Of a stretch of 64,000 nucleotides of DNA, positions 30,301 through 44,449 are shown one piece after another. The stretch lies in the NCBI RefSeq assembly GCF_009914755.1, contig NC_060932.1. The stretch is one strand, 5' to 3'. Every line of letters begins with the position of its first letter. Within the stretch, counting starts at the first letter, position 1. The translations under genes and the position numbers were made by a program. The notes under the pieces are model-generated. The model saw only the letters and a list, made by a program, of their open reading frames with translations, did not search any database and was not told where the DNA came from. The DNA comes from the human T2T-CHM13v2.0 reference genome, Homo sapiens.

Positions 30301-33300
30301 GAGGAAGACTCCAGAAAGAAAGTAGGAAATGCATGTTCTGGCAAGGAGAAGTCAGTCAACCTTCAAAGAGAGGAGAAATATAATTTTAGAGCAAATAGAG
30401 AGCTCCCTGGCCCTTCCACTCAGCGAAGTCACTATACTATCAGTGGCCAAAAGATTAAGTCAAAAAGATGAAGCCATTTGAAATGTGTTTAGCTTTCTAT
30501 TAATTCAGTTTTTTATAGTGAGTCTATAAAAAGAAATTTCTGAAGAATGGAAACCATTTTCCCAGGCTCATTACTGTCTTAAATACACCTTCTCAATACC
30601 AGGCAGCCAAAAAAAAATTTTCTTTTAAACAAAGCTACAAGATAAGCTAGCTTGGGAGTTGAGAAAGTTGAAAAGTACACCAGCACCTCGGAGGCTGTTG
30701 GCCAAAGCCGGGAGCAGATGCCAGGGGCACTGTTTCTGCTTCTTCCCTGAAAGATGTTCATGTGAGCTGCCTTCTCTTCTCCTTATCTGGAAGGAGAACC
30801 CAGCAACCTCCTGGGGCTATCTATTGCAACAGCTAACTCAAGTGCAAAAAATATTTTGAAAGCACCTGGAAAAGGCTGTCACAGGTTTTCAGAGTTAAGC
30901 AATGTTATTACTTGGGTAGTTTGGAAACATAACACTTTTGGAGAGTTTTTATATGCCAAACCATAGCTTTTGCATCAGTACCCATCTAAAGAGATTAAAT
31001 GGTTCAGGAATTTTTTTTTTTAAGCCTCAAGGAAAAAGAGCTTTCTGTGTTTCTAGTAGTTTCTTGAAGGAACATGACAGCAGCTGGAATAATAAGACTA
31101 ATAAGAGGCCAAAATTATTTTCTCTCAAAAGAATACACAAAGGGTCATGGAAATCTTTAATAATGTCCTCACCTTTCAGGAAAAATCATTTGAAAGTATT
31201 ATGCTTTTCTTTCAGATTCCTCATATCCCGTTTTGAGTGGTTATAATAGGAGGCCTGGTTTCTCTGTAGTCAGGAACATGTGCACGTCTGTTTTTATAAA
31301 GCAAGAAAGTGCTTAATGGCTAAACTCACAGGGTGAAATGGAGGCTTTCGCCACTTCCTCCATAAAGCACTGGCCTGAGACTAGAGCAGAACTGAGAGTC
31401 AGAAAAAGCTAGGCAGGTCCTTCAAGCAAGTCCCACCTATTGACAGGCAAGAGGTTTTGCTGAAGTTGGGTTTGGGGTTGTGTTTTGTTTGGCTATTTTC
31501 TTCAGCTTTGCCTACCCAATTTCAAACTATGTACTAGTGAGAGCAGGTGGAGAGAAAGCGATTGTGACCCACGCAGAGTTAGTTAGCTTTTGAGTAATTC
31601 CTAATCAGCTATGAGGGAGAAAGAAATTTGGTGGCATTTAAGCAATAAGGTGTAAAGCAGTTAGTTAACAAAGCTGCACTTTGGCTAATGGATTTTTTTT
31701 TTCACCTAATATACACATTCCAGGAAATTTCTCTAATTTTATATTTTGGCAGTAGGATTTTCCTCCATTCACCTCACTTCTAGTTTATTCTTGTGATTCA
31801 GTCTCTCTGCCTCCTCCTTTCTCACCTATCTTTGCTCTCTCCCAAGTTTCCAAATTCTGAATGATGTAGTGTGCTTTTTTTATGTGCTACCTAAAAGTTG
31901 GTGGGGGTGGGGAGCAGTAAATTGGGAAGAAGGGATGACTGAAATAGAGAAACCGAGATGGTAATTACAGCTAGGCTCAATTTTATCTGAAAACTATGGT
32001 GGCTTGCCTCCATTTCAGCCATGAAGATCCACATTTACAGTACATATAACCTTTGTGCCAAAAAAGGAAAAAAGAAAGCACCTGTAGGCTAACAGGTAGC
32101 AGTTGGTACCTATGGAATTATCATTGGCTATTAACACTGGGTCAGGTATCATATTAGCCACTTTCAGATGCATTTGCCAAACCCATGTAAAAATATAAAA
32201 CCAGGTATTTCAATATTCTGTCATTCCCTAAGCAAAACAGATTTTCTTATATTACTCATAGTAGAGTCAGCCGACTTTCATTAGAATTTTTTTAACTTTC
32301 TTTTCTTTTCCTTAAAGAAGAACTAAACCTAGATGATATAAAAGAGAAACTGGGACAAAAATCAGGTCAAGAATTTGATACAAAAGGCATTCAGATAAGG
32401 CTAATAATATTCCCGAGTGTAGTCAACAGAGCAGACAATGATCACATCGGTCTAAGCTCTACCCAACCCCTATATCTGTACAAGATTCCAGGAATCAGGA
32501 ATCAGTTATTTGTTCTTTTTGTCATTCAAACTTTATTGAGCCTAAAGCCTCTATTAACTCTATGGGAATTATCAACTTTTTGGAGGTTTCCACATCTTAG
32601 TACCAAAAATGAAATCTTTCTTTTAAATATACCACAAGAGAATGTTATCTGTTTCACGTTTCTTTATTCTCTGTAACCCCATTGCATTTTGTGCTAACTC
32701 TGGTCATCTTGCAGAGGACACTACCTAATTAATTTTTACTTTGCTCCTAAGTAGATGTCCAGAATCTCTTCTTTCATTTTCTCTTTAAAAAATTGCTCCT
32801 CAAACGAAACGTCTCATGGGAGAACCAGAGCTTACACCAGACCTGAGCACGCTCCCATTGAGAACAGGCGCAGCCCCTGGGCACTGCTTCTGTGCACCTG
32901 GAATTTCTAATCTTTCTTCCCATGCCATATCACATTATTGCTCAGAAATATGCTGGATTCTTGGAACAAGGTGAAACTGAGCCACCTTGTTTCAAAAATG
33001 GAGGCTAGGCATGAAATCTCCCATCTCATTTGGAGTCACTAGGATTTCTCACTCCAGGTTCAAAGAAAGGCTCAATGTAAATGGGGCAGATTCATGGGAC
33101 TCGCATAAATCAGCCCCACTTTGCTGAAAACCAGAACCTGAGTTTATGTTGAAGTTTCAAAAGTGCTTGGCTGAGCCCAGCCCAAACTTCAACTTTCCAA
33201 ATAACTTCCAAACTGATGAGGCTGTTTTTGCTTAAAAAAAAAAACAAACAAAAAAAACACCTGGTTTTATGTTGCACAATGTTTTATAAATCTGCATTTA

Positions 33301-36300
33301 TAAATCTGCATAATTTCTAAAAATTAGCATTTATTTTAGGTACTTATTCCTACCTTTCATCAAATGACATTGATTCTCAAAGCCTGGTGTGGTAGAAATG
33401 TGTTTCTACACAGTACGTTTACTTAAGATCATATAATAAGGATGAGTCAAATAAGAAAAGCTTTCTTGAGAAAAAGAATGTGGGGCTTTTAGATATCTAC
33501 ATAGATCCTAAACTTTAAAATAGTTCAGCCACCCATTTCCTCTGCCAGAACAGATATCATTATTAAGTCAACACACTCACATCCATATATTTCATAAAAG
33601 GCAGGGTAACAAAAAATATAAAAGTTGCATCTAGTCCCCAAAAGTTGAAACTTTCAGCGTCACTGGCTCTGTCACCTTCTACTGCCTTTGAAAGGAGTGC
33701 TGATAAACCAAATGAGCCCTCTCAAGCTCTTTTTGGAATGAGGCAGAGAATTAAATAAATGACAAAATGTTTTAACATCAGTGGTGGGGGAAAGGCCTAA
33801 TTGACACGCTCAGTATCCAATAATCTGCAAAAGCCAGAGACCATTTTACTGACATGATTCTTTCTGACCCTGGAGTTTAGAGTTGGGTTTGTGGTTTCTC
33901 CCTACACAGTGAATAATGGAATACAACTACTAAAGGAAAAAAAAAAAAAAATTCATCCGTTGGAGAATCAGCAGCTGACCTGGAAGTAAAACATCTCAGC
34001 CCTTCACTCAGAGGCCACAGAGACTGTTCTGCTTTCTCAGGGAGTTGCCAGGACTCAAGTGAGCAGCAGGACAGGGTCCGGAAGCATGGGAAAGAGACAG
34101 CCACAGGTCCCTCGGGAAGGCGCACCGTGGAGTCGCCCCAGCCACGCTGGGAGAAAGGCCACTCTGTGCAGGGATCTGACATCAGGCTCTCCCTGGCAAG
34201 CCCATAGGCAGGATAACCACTCCCAGAAATGGCCCAGAGAGTCCTGTGGCCCAACACCATGATAAGGAAATCATCTAGTTTCATACATGAGTCAGAATTT
34301 ATGAGCTCCTCATTCAACCCAAATTGAAGCTACAATTCCACCATTCCTCCTGGTAGAACTCTGCCTTGAATTAAGACAGAACCTGAAAAATCAGGCCCGG
34401 TATTTTTGTTTTCTTTACCATCTCTCAGCTTGCCAGGGTGATCACATCAAAATCATGCAGAACACACAACCAGGCAATGATTCTATTGTAAATGTATACA
34501 CATATATGTCTATAAAAAAGCAGATTTCGTCACTCCTAGTGATAAGCCTGCTTCAAGTTTTGTTTTTTTTGTTGTTGTTTGTTTTGCAATACAAGTTCTA
34601 AACTGATCAAAAGGTGTTCCTATCTCCCCGCTTTGTTAGCCAGGGTTGTGGGTACAGGAGCATTTTTTATTCAAGTTTGATAGAATTCAACCAAAGGGCC
34701 TAGTGAGGGCCAGGTCATGGTTTTTCACAATTTGTCCTCATCTGGAAGTTTATTATTCTGTTAGGAATATTTTCTAACCCAAGACAACAATAACAAAGCC
34801 TTTTTTAGTAGGCAAAGCTAGGCCAATTGACTTTGATCATTTTTTTAATGATAAAGCAGTTAGCAGGTTAATTTTGTTCTTAGCTCTTTTAACCTGGGCT
34901 GAATGTTTATGCTTCTCCTATGAGATGATGCATTGAAAAGTGAAGATAAATGTCATCTACTTTTCATGTGATCTATAAAATTAATCTCCCATGCTTATGT
35001 TAATACCGATAATGTAATGTAGGAGGCAGTGTGACCTAGAGGATAAAACTTAAGAGGAAGGCACTCATGTTCAATTACAGTTTATATTACTGACAATATT
35101 TTCATCTCTCTGTGTCTCACTTGCCTACTCTCGTCCCTCATACAAGTCCCCTCACATATCTTCCCTGTAAAATTGGGTAATGCCTCTGAGAGATGCTGGG
35201 AGAATTACTTAGGTGCTTTGGGAAACAGCTTAAAACACCTTTTAGAACTTTCTTGTGAAATAGCAGATATTGTTAATGTTCCTACCGTAAAATCAGCCTC
35301 TGGTAAGTAACCATGACACACTTAGCAATTGTCTTCCTACTCAGTAAAAGTGATCCTCCCCAGAGCTCAGGCAAGTGACCCTCCACCCACAGGGTTCTGT
35401 TTATTTCCAGAAAATAAATTACACGGAAGGAGGGCGCGATGGATGGTAATTAAGTCACCAAGTTAAGGAGGGATCAATGCTTACACTTTAGAGGTTAAAC
35501 GAAAAGCTGATTACATCAGGAAGGAATCCATGTTCTGTATTCAGCTGTAAAATAAACTGGGAGTTTTGTGTTTGGTGTCTGAAACATCTTTGGAAACACT
35601 AAATCAATTTAATATCAATAATTGCCAGATATATGCTAGATTAAATGAACCAACACAGATAGCTTTGTTCGCAGAGAAAACAGGGCCAAATGGCTTTCAT
35701 TAGCATGACTAATCCCGAAGTTCTGTGGTTTGATGATCAGACGTCTAAACCTGAATTTTGATTCTTGCAAATATATGATTTGGCACAAGACATTGCAAGT
35801 CCAGCTATTTCTGTACCTTTAACATACATGCTGAATATCAGAGCAGCCAGGTGACACTTAAAGTGCCTATATAGCTACAACTGTACCCACTGGTGCCCAG
35901 AAACACACCAGATGCACAGAAAATAAGGAAATCACTCTAACACAGGACTGAGCCTTTTCCAAGACCTGTTTTTGGGGGCTTTGGAATCACCTGCTTTGGT
36001 CCTGGGGAGACAGTCTTAACAGGAGTTTCAAAAGCCAGTGCTGTTCTCACAGCTCCCCAGCAGCTCTGTGACCCTGGTCATTTTCCTACTGTTGGGATTA
36101 CAGAACCAAGTGGGGCACTACACTCAGGAGCCTGGTGGTATTTTCACCTCAGTCCCGAGAATATTTTTCTCCTTTTTTTGGAAATTCTGACATCTTTTCC
36201 CTTGTAACTCTTGCAATTTTGAAGAGTTATACTCATGACATATTTTATCCCTAAATAGTCCTGAGAACTTCAGAAAACCCGGGGTGCACAGAAGGAGCTG

Positions 36301-37955
36301 AGAGGGGTCATCAGAGTGACTTGTGAGGACAAAAACAGGGCAATGGGTCAAGAGTCTTGGGCTCCACCAAGAACCTGAGGTGCCTTACAGTAAGTGTATC
36401 ATGCAGACATACAGCAAGGTGTGAACAGAGCACCTGAAACCTTGCAGAGGGGGCTCCGAGGAAATTATCATTTGTCAGCCTTTGTTTCTCTAATTCCTGA
36501 GTGTATGCTCTCACCCCCCAACCCACCATCACATTACTTCAGCCAATCGTCATGAATGCACTTCGGCTGCCTTTGTGCAGTGTGTGCGTGCATGTGTGTC
36601 TACGCATGTGTGTGTGTCAAAGCCAGGAACACAGAATCACTCTTTGGGGCCTCATCACTGGGCAGCCGAGCCTCTGGACAGTCTTCTTCGGAGGTCTGTG
36701 CAAACTTCGGGTCAGAGCAGCTGCCTGTGAGTCACGATGGGCTGTGGGGCCTCAAATCCCTTCACAGCCGATCTGGGGCAAAGGAAAAAGCATTCAGCTT
36801 TTTCATTTTCATAATAGGAAGATTTTTTGCAGAGCCCTTATAGCCCGTGTGGGGGAATGCTTTTTAAAGGTCAAATGTGACTGTCCCTATATTTGGGTTT
36901 GGAAATTCACAGACTCTGATTATAAATATTGCTGAAGTGCGACTGATATGTGCAGGTACCAGCCAATTCCTTGATATGCCCTCTTTTGTCTATTTCTTTG
37001 CTATCCCTCAGCCCCCAAGTCCCAATAGGTGTTCTAAAGAGTCTTGCCTCAAACACGTGGTCAGCTCGAAGGGCTTAAGGGAACTAGAGAACTATGAGTC
37101 CTTCTACCGGGAAGCAAGACCACCAGGTGAGGGCTCTGTGTCCCCAGGTACCAGTGGGCCACAATACAACATGGGAGGGAGATCTCGTTGCTCTCGCCGT
37201 ATGGTGGCCTGGTTGAGAAGTCGAGGGTTTCTGTGTATTCTCTGGCCCTGAATCCAAGGCAGGCTGGCTCCCCCACTTTCACTGGTGCCATTGGGAAAAG
37301 AGAGTATTTTGGAAACATTGTGTCGGGCCTGGGATGTGTCTCCTCTCACCCCCACCTTTCTAATAATCTTCCCAAGTTGGCTAAGAAATAATAAACTATT
37401 GCTTAGATGAGATGATGATCAAGTCTCTAAGGAAATAGCTCAGAAAGGTGAAGACTCTTGCCTCTGTGAGCTGGACATCGGTTTTATACTTCGACAATGT
37501 GGATGTATCTTTGTCTGTATGCATCACCTTCTCTGACTCACAGTGTGCAGTACTGAGGGTGTCCATTTAGTCCAGAAAGTCTGCATATTGATCCCATCTC
37601 TATGACACTCATTGATTCCTCCATATGTTCCACTTTGTCAAAGTCCAGGCATAAAAACTCCCAGAAGCATGAGTCCTCTCCACATTCCCAGGCTCTTTCC
37701 TAAGAGATTTTACTACCATTCAACACAGACAGGAGTTGATTTCTCAGCAAGACTTTGAAAGTACATTCGAGAGTTCTATTCATCACCTTTGAGGCAACGT
37801 AAATTCACCAAACTGCCCTGAAGATCTGAGCAAAGGATCTCCAACAGATCAGATTATCCCCCTGGAATGAAGGAGGAGGTCCACATGATCTTTTCCGGGC
37901 CAGCAAGAGGATTCAGAAGTCCAAGGATTCCGTAGATGAAAGAGAGTTTCAGGAT

Positions 37956-38461
37956 TGTGATGGTTAGTTCTTGTCAACATGGCTGGGTTCTAGCACCCAG
38001 TTACTTAATCCAACACTAATCTAGGTGTTACACTGAAGGTACATCTACAAACTGGTTGACTCTAAGTAGAGGGATTACCCTTGATAATGTGGATGGGTCT
38101 CATCCAATCAGTTGAAGGCCTCAATGGCAAAAACTGAAGTTTCCTGGAGAAAAAAAAAATTCTGCCTCAAAACTGGAGCATTGACTTCTGCCAGGGTTTC
38201 CAGCCTGCTGGCCTGTCTTATGAATTTCAGACTTGCCATCTCCCACCCCACCCCACCCTACAATAAGCCAATTCCTTATCTTGTATATATCTAGATATCA
38301 TGTATTTATATATCTAGATATCACATATATTTATATATAATACTATCGTGTATGTTATATATATTATATACACATCATGTATATTATATATCATATATAA
38401 TATACATGATATATATACATTTCCTATTGGTCCTTTTCTCTGGAGAACCCTGGCTGATTCA
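37956..38461 (+). mobile_element. MLT2D-like solo LTR (ERVL) with internal (TA)-rich expansion
   Basis: TG...CA ends (tgtgatggtta ... ctctggagaaccctggctgattca); catccaatcagttgaaggcc; 5 bp TSD aggat/aggac. Confidence 0.85.
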
Positions 38462-40074
38462 AGGACCAACAGGAAATTTCCACTCTAGAGAGAACTTCTA
38501 TCACTATAGAAACTTGAAAACACAAAAGAACGTAAAACCACCAAATAATGTGGTCCTTTCTGCTAGGGTGGGCAACTCCTGCTGGAGTTCCTGGTGCACA
38601 TTAAACCTCACAGGAGCTTCCCTCTGAGTGTTAGAAGAGGGGACAGGGGAGAGGATGGCAGAGGAGTCCTGTGATTGGCTTGGCTATGGCCTTAGAACAC
38701 TCTTATTTGTATATATCATGCTAAAATGTACTCAGTTGGAACTTAAGTCCTAAACAGTGTGGGGTTTATATAATATTGTTATTATAGTGCAGAAATAATT
38801 AAAGTGTGTCAAGTTTTGCATTTTTTAAAAATCTTCTCTGAGAAATCCCCGACTTTTCTACAAGGATTTCATAACTCTAATAAGAAAGCCCTGTCATGAA
38901 TAAAACCTGGCCCACATTGCCTCAGGAAAAGCCCAGAATGTATTTACTCCACTTGATTAAAATAGAAATATATATATTATAAAAAAGTCCATCAGATAAG
39001 GAACACGGCTTGTCTCCTCTCCTATCCTCCACACAAAGGTAGCCAAAACTTTGCGAATCTGTCAGAAATGGGTTTCCCCTAATTAAAAGGGAAAAGGAAT
39101 AAATTAGAATCTGGTAAGAGTAAAAGGTTTTTTTTAGGTTGAATTCATACTGAAAAAAATTAGAAGTACAGCTAGTGTGGATTCCTGAGACATGTACCCA
39201 CTCTCTTTAGACTGTTGCCATCTAAGGTGCACACGCTGGATTTCCACATGCTGCAGGAATTGAAGAACCTCTTAGAAACCTGGTCTTCATAAACTTAAGG
39301 CTTATCTGAGTTAGCTGCAAGAGACAGCAAGAGAACCCATGCAGATCTTTCATATGCTCCCATCTGACTCATTCCCTGTCCTCTTCTCCCCACGACCATT
39401 CCTGCCCCAACTTGGCCCAGAAACCAAATGTGAATTTTCTATTTCCCACCTCAGCACTAGTCCATGCCAGGACACCAGCTGACAATTTCTTGGTTTTATT
39501 GTCAATAGCTGTACCATGTGATCAATTACTGTCTTCACTTAGAACGAAGCCAGAGCCCAAGAATATTTATATTCTACCAATACGTGCCTGTTACAAGAGA
39601 AGGAAATATGAGTTATTAAGTTTAACTTTTTATGTGAATTCAGAGTTTAACAATGGAAATATGTACAAAGAAGCTTTAAATGAAGTATTTACCAACATTC
39701 CTTATACATGTCAGGCACTAGGCTACATGGGATAATGATTAATAATAAAATGATTTTTAAATGAAAAAAAAAAAAAAAAAAAAACCAGGGAAATGGAGAG
39801 GAGAAAGGAACTAGAGGACACCTCTTTCCACCAGGAAGTGGACCAGGCTTGGCCAAACTACAAACAGACCAGCAAGGAGTTCCTACTTGCTACACAGGAG
39901 GGCTCTAACATGCAGAATGCTTTCGAGGATTAAACAAAATCTCATGTATTAAGTGCTGACGCAGTGAGATGCCTCTATCTCCACACTCAATAACCAGGAG
40001 TTGTATTATATTATTATAATCAGTTCAAAAAGAACTATGCAGACAGATTTCAATGGAAAGTAATATTACAACTA

Positions 40075-40310
40075 ATAAGAGTGAAGAATACAATTAATGC
40101 TTCCTCAGTGTTGAGCAGTGATCTGCTCATGTTGATTCATTTAAATACTCACGACAGTCCTGTGAGATATTATCGCATCAATATCCCTGTCTTACACAGA
40201 CAAGGAAACTGAGGTTAAGGAACTTTCACAAGGTCACACAGCTACCAGATGGTGGAGACGGGATGTGAACAGGGCATCCTGGCTCCACAGTTTGCTTGTT
40301 TAAAACACAC
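40075..40310 (-). mobile_element. MIR
   Basis: ttacacagacaaggaaactgagg...caaggtcacacagct. Confidence 0.75.
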
Positions 40311-40560
40311 TGTCCTAATCCAACTCCTGTTAGAGAGAGAAGTAATCAGTGCAAATTTTTTCCTTCTGAAAACATTTTGTCAGGGTCTATGGTGACTTAG
40401 AGCACTTAGTACGATGCTTATTGAGAGCAGACACTCGACGAGGCTTTTTATTGTGGGCTTACTCTGTTTTTAAGGCAAGGAGCTTCTCTATTTCAAGATT
40501 TTTTCACTATGTGCCTTCATTTCTTCCTATCGGGTACTTTTTTTTTCCACTTTTGAAATC

Positions 40561-42448
40561 TTCCTTAATAAACATGTGTGCTTAAAAAAAATCTTCTAAG
40601 TTCTATTCCTCTTTCAGAGCACACACAAATGCTATCTCCCTTGTAAGTCAGGATCCTTTGGTCCACAATGACTCCCTCCTTGGGACGTCTAAACACACAT
40701 GAGTAAGGTCATGTTGATCCTGGTTGAGTCTTCACAGTCTTGTTCTTCACACACCTACTTCCCCATCACTGAGCTCGCCGGCCTGGCACAGATCCGGGTA
40801 TCAGTGGGAAAATGGTGGAAATGGGGTAGAAAGGGCTAAGGTTTACACACAAGAGAGGGGGAAAAACAGAAGGGAAAAAGTAAGGGGGAGACCTGGGGAA
40901 GGACAATGGAGAATGAGGGTTATAGACTTTAGGGTGGCTGATGCGGGAGCCGAATGGAGAACAAAATAATGAGGCAGTATCTTATGAAGTGAATTTTCTA
41001 TAATTACTTCAATGTTCTTTGAAAAATGCAGAGAAAAACTAGAACCGCTTTCAATTACTTTCAGCTGCTGAAATGTTTGGGTGTGACATCACGTTGTGGC
41101 AGGGACACATGGACTTCTGGCTTTATTCAGGTTACATCTCCAGGGCTCATCCAGAATCAGGTATACTTCTTGACCATACTACTCATTTGGGACTTAGCTA
41201 TCTCCTTCGCAACTAAATGAGGACACTTGAGGAAGCTGGCTGGTAATCTTATGGTCACCTGCACTGTCTCAAGTAGTGTAGGAAAAACAGTTCTGGAAGA
41301 TCTGAAGTAGAGTTCGTTACTTCATAGCTGTGTGACTTTAGGGAAGTCACTGAACCTCTCTGAGCCTCACTCATATCTATCTATAAGAATATCTACCTAT
41401 AAGACAATACATGGGAAAGTGCATTGGCAACCATTAAGTGCTACATAAATGTTACCACCGCTTAGTGCCTTGCAGGGACTCATTAAAATCTTGTTGATTG
41501 ATCGACTGATTAATTAACTCCAGCCAGCTTCCTTAAAAGTGTCCTCATTTAGTTGAGAAAGAGATAGCTATGGAAGTCAATGACATCCAAGAAAATCCAC
41601 TCGGCTTGACAGCAGCCTCATTCAAGGGACTTTTAGGTTTATAAATGTACTTGCAAACAAACCTCTTTCTGTTGCTCAATGACTAGCTTTGGTTGGGATG
41701 ATGAGATCTGCCAGAAGTAATGAGACTGTCATTTTGGCTACCTGTACATTTGAGGATGAAAGAGGCTTGATTCCAGAAATCCAAATGAAGAAGTTAGGGA
41801 TGCCAACCTCCAGGCCATCTCTGGACACACAGTAGGCATATAGAACAACACTGAGGATTGGATTGAGTCTTAAATCCAGCAATCCCCCTCTATCACTGAG
41901 TATGATGGACTGCCTGGTAAGATTTTCATGAAACATCTCAGAGATTATATGGCCTCATAAAAACAAAAATGACTTGAAGTTGAACAGAGTTGAAGCGAAT
42001 GAAACTTCAAACTAAATTTTTATTGAAATTCTCCCCATTGTCAGACGATATTTTCAATGTTCATTTCCCTGCCTCAGCCCATTTTGCCATAGAAACTTGG
42101 ATGTTTTCATTGAACAGCAGCCAGTGAACACTGGACTGAAGGGGCACACTATAAATTTGGAAAAATAAATAAATGCTTCAGAACTTCCACTTGAAAACCA
42201 CAGCTAAAAATGAAATCAAATCTGACCCACCCCTTTTCTTTTAAATTGTGGGAACAGACTCAGTCTGCCTCAATCTTTAAGCACATATAAAATTTAATAT
42301 TAATATAAGCACCTTGGAGATCAATGCATGGCCTGGTCTAAAGCAATTGTGGAGCCTTTGACTCAAGCAGCAAGGTTTGGACGACTTGAACCAGAAGATA
42401 GCATCCTTCCTATGCCATGTTCCTTAATAAACATGTGTGCTTAAAAAA
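40561..42448 (+). repeat. Exact 29 bp direct repeat pair (40561-40589 and 42420-42448)
   Basis: TTCCTTAATAAACATGTGTGCTTAAAAAA read at both positions. Confidence 0.95.
41195..41570. repeat. ~50 bp inverted repeat (41195-41243 / 41520-41570) around a MIR plus L2 tail
   Basis: Manual alignment gives 46 matches in 51 columns. Confidence 0.93.
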
Positions 42449-43079
42449 TAAAAAGGGAAGAAAAATTGGTTTATGGGCATAGAGAGAATAATTCACTCCA
42501 AATTGCTCCTTTGATGAATGTGGACAAAAAGAATAAAATTTGTCACCTAGCTAATATTACCATCAATATTTTGTCCAGCTACATTCCTTCCAATTTAAAA
42601 ACAGTTCAATATCCCTTTTACCTTCAAGTAGCAGCACTTAATAAACAGTGATGGATGGTTTTTATTTTTGTTCGCATTTCAGTCTTCCCTGCTTTGGTAC
42701 AAGGGGACTATTTTGCTTGGGGGAAATGTAGATCTTCCATCTTTCGTCCATTGACATGCACGCCTCAAGGAAAGACGGCCATATTTAATTCATAACGCCC
42801 ATCGGCTACACAAACATACAACTTCCCATCAATTAGGCAACACAGAGATGTTGTTAAAAATCAATGAGCTTATTATTAAATATATTTTTTTCATGTAGCA
42901 ATAATAGTTATTGCTGCACTATTGTTATTACTGCAATGTCAGCTGTTTAGGCAGCTTTCAGAGAGTTTGATTGGCTTTGATCTTGCTAGCAAGGCATTCT
43001 ATGAAACAAGGGATCTGGGTGAGGCTTCCCTGCTCTGTCTTCTGCCATATTGAGAAGCCACCAGGAGAAGGGGGAAAAT

Positions 43080-43262
43080 GTATGATGTAGTGGAACAAAC
43101 CTTGGACTGGAGGCAGAAGACCTGGGTTCTAGTTCCAGAACTGCACATAACTAGCTGTGCGACCTTAGGTAAGTCCTTCCTCCATTCTAAGCCTTAGTTT
43201 CCTCATTTATAAAAATGAGAGGTTTATGATAAGTGATCATTAGGACCCCTCCATTCTAAATT
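43080..43262 (+). mobile_element. MIR
   Basis: agacctgggttctagt...ctagctgtgcgaccttagg...agtttcctcatttataaaaatg. Confidence 0.75.
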
Positions 43263-44449
43263 TTCAGACTCTTCAACCATTTTTTTAACTAGGAAAGGAA
43301 ACAGGTGGAAATTGATGCAATTCAGCAACTCTCAATTGTTCCTCATCAAAAGTCTCTTGATTAAAAAAAAAAAAAGAACGGGCAGCGTACGGGATGCTAC
43401 TGAATCTGGAGCAGACATTAAATTGATCCAAAACCCAAATATGCTCCTATTTGTGTTTTCATCCTCGTTGTGTGTTTATTAAAAATAATTTTGATATTTT
43501 GACACTTACCACTACGGCAGAAGCCTCCTGCCTACAAACAGAGATGTTAAAACTGTGCCAGCACATGCAAAGGTTAAAAACAACATTGCACAGATTTTGG
43601 CAACTACATCATATGCTGTCTGGCCGCAGCTGATCTGAACTGAGTCCCCCGTAATTACAGGAGAAGGTGGAACAGGTTTGCCGCTAATTGGAAAATTCTG
43701 CAAATGGCAGCACTGAAGTAAATTGACAGTCGTTAGAATATTAGCAAAATGAGAGTACTGATTAGTAAAAAGCTCAGAAGCAGACTTTTTTTTTTTACTG
43801 CCAGAATCTACTGGCAAAATTGATAATAAAAGCTGAACTTAATAATAACAGCTGTTATTTGACCTGGTAATATTTTTTTTAATCTGTTGCTGTTCCCAGA
43901 CCAATAACACATAAAGAAGGTCTGTATCCACTGTTGCAAAATTATTTGAATACCAAAAGGTATATTCAAACTCAGTGAAGGCAAACTGTGCTTAAAGGGG
44001 CAGCCCATCAGTAGCACGTTCTGATGGAAGTGCATTCACTGGAAACGTTGTGAGTTGTTTTGTTTTCTCCCCCTTCCAACAGGTCTCGTAGGCATGCTGG
44101 AGCGTTCGCGTGTCCTTTTTAGAACTGGGCCTGGATTCTATTTCCAGTTTGCTTTAAATCTGTGACTGCTAAAAATGTCAAAGTTAACTTATTTTTCATT
44201 TTAAAGTGGACAGGAAGGAAAGTAGGACATTGCTGGACTCTGAACCATCTATCAGCGCTGAGCTGTTGATGGTATTTTTCAGTCACTGCATGCAGAGAAA
44301 TACAGATGGGAAAGCATTAAGAATGGACATATTAATTAGACATGCTGCCACGAATCTACGGAAAAGGGACCGTAGCTTCACCACACAGACTTCCACCTTA
44401 TGGGGACACACAGGAATATGCCCTAAAGACTTCCATTTTGGGAACTCTG

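Noticed and set aside
34108-34117. Perfect EBF site TCCCTCGGGA suggesting autoregulation
   Set aside because: An 8-base-specified motif is expected roughly once per window of this size by chance; needs ChIP data.
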